Shown here: in pieces, positions 63,410-64,000 of the stretch
Layout: every line of letters starts with the position of its first letter
Position numbering within the stretch: the first letter of the stretch is position 1
The notes under the pieces: generated by a model
The model's database searches: none
Told to the model about the DNA's origin: nothing
Seen by the model: only the letters and a program-made list of their open reading frames with translations
Made by a program: the position numbers and the translations under genes
Source: Octopus sinensis
Taxonomy: Eukaryota
Assembly (NCBI RefSeq): GCF_006345805.1
Contig: NC_043019.1
Span: forward strand, 18,351,360-18,415,359
Direction of reading: 5' to 3'
Length of the DNA: 64,000 bases

Positions 63410-63764
63410 ATCTTGTTTTTGGTTGTTTGTGTGTGTATTTCTGTGTCTTGCAACATATAGACAATGCAGCATTAAAAAAAAAAAGACTTTCACTTTGAAC
63501 AATTTATGAACGTACATCCATGATTCACAAATATTTTTTCCCAGCAGTGGAGCAATCAGCAACAACCTAGCTTCATGGAAGCAAGAGAGGGAATCTTCTT
63601 ACCAGAAATATCTTCTGGGAAAAGGAATAAAATATATCTTTTTGCATTAATTTAATAATTTTTTTGTTCCTTTTCAACAATAGAACTCTTAATAATCTTT
63701 GTATTAACTTGTCATTTTTGATGGTCCCAGATACCTTTAATCTTTTACTTGGTTGAGGCATTAG

Positions 63765-64000
63765 ACTAGGGCCATCCTGGGGCACCACCTTGAAGAATTT
63801 TAGCTGAATGAACCCCAGTTCTTTTTTTCCTATTTATTCTATTGGTCACTCTTGCTGAACTGCTAAGTTACAGAGACTTAAACAAAACCGACACTGGCTG
63901 TCAAGTGGTTGTGGAGGGACAAACAGACACACACATACACAATGGGCTTCTTTCACCTTCCATCTACCAAATCCACTCATGGAATTTGGGTTGACCAGAA
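63765..64000 (-). mobile_element. SINE remnant, minus strand
   Basis: Reverse complement of the 23369-family body (ccaaatccactca, gggacaaacagacac, ctgctaagttac). Confidence 0.7.

Overview
Eukaryotic, AT-rich, repeat-dense DNA. The tRNA-derived SINE families look like those of Octopus, so the source is probably a coleoid cephalopod (inference). Genes: (i) a complete 7-coding-exon DHRS11-like short-chain dehydrogenase on + (26948-56842, 250 aa); (ii) a near-identical second copy of its exons 6-7 at the window start, within a duplicated block (1-2597 = 54925-57497); (iii) the last two exons and a SECIS element of a convergent GPx4-like selenoprotein gene on -. About half the window is two tandem arrays. 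The first is a 101-bp satellite (2598-19923, ~170 units) whose unit is the catalytic-core segment (DN...CxxH) of a hAT transposase; it runs directly into the rest of that dead transposase. The second is a 33-bp, almost AG-free pyrimidine-rich minisatellite (~14.6 kb) in DHRS11 intron 1. That intron also holds a three-level TE nest: mariner > L1/Tx1 LINE (9-bp TSD) > antisense CR1. Intron 4 holds a Penelope-like palindromic structure with an intact-looking type I hammerhead ribozyme on the - strand. Most long ORFs in the ORF track are repeat artefacts.
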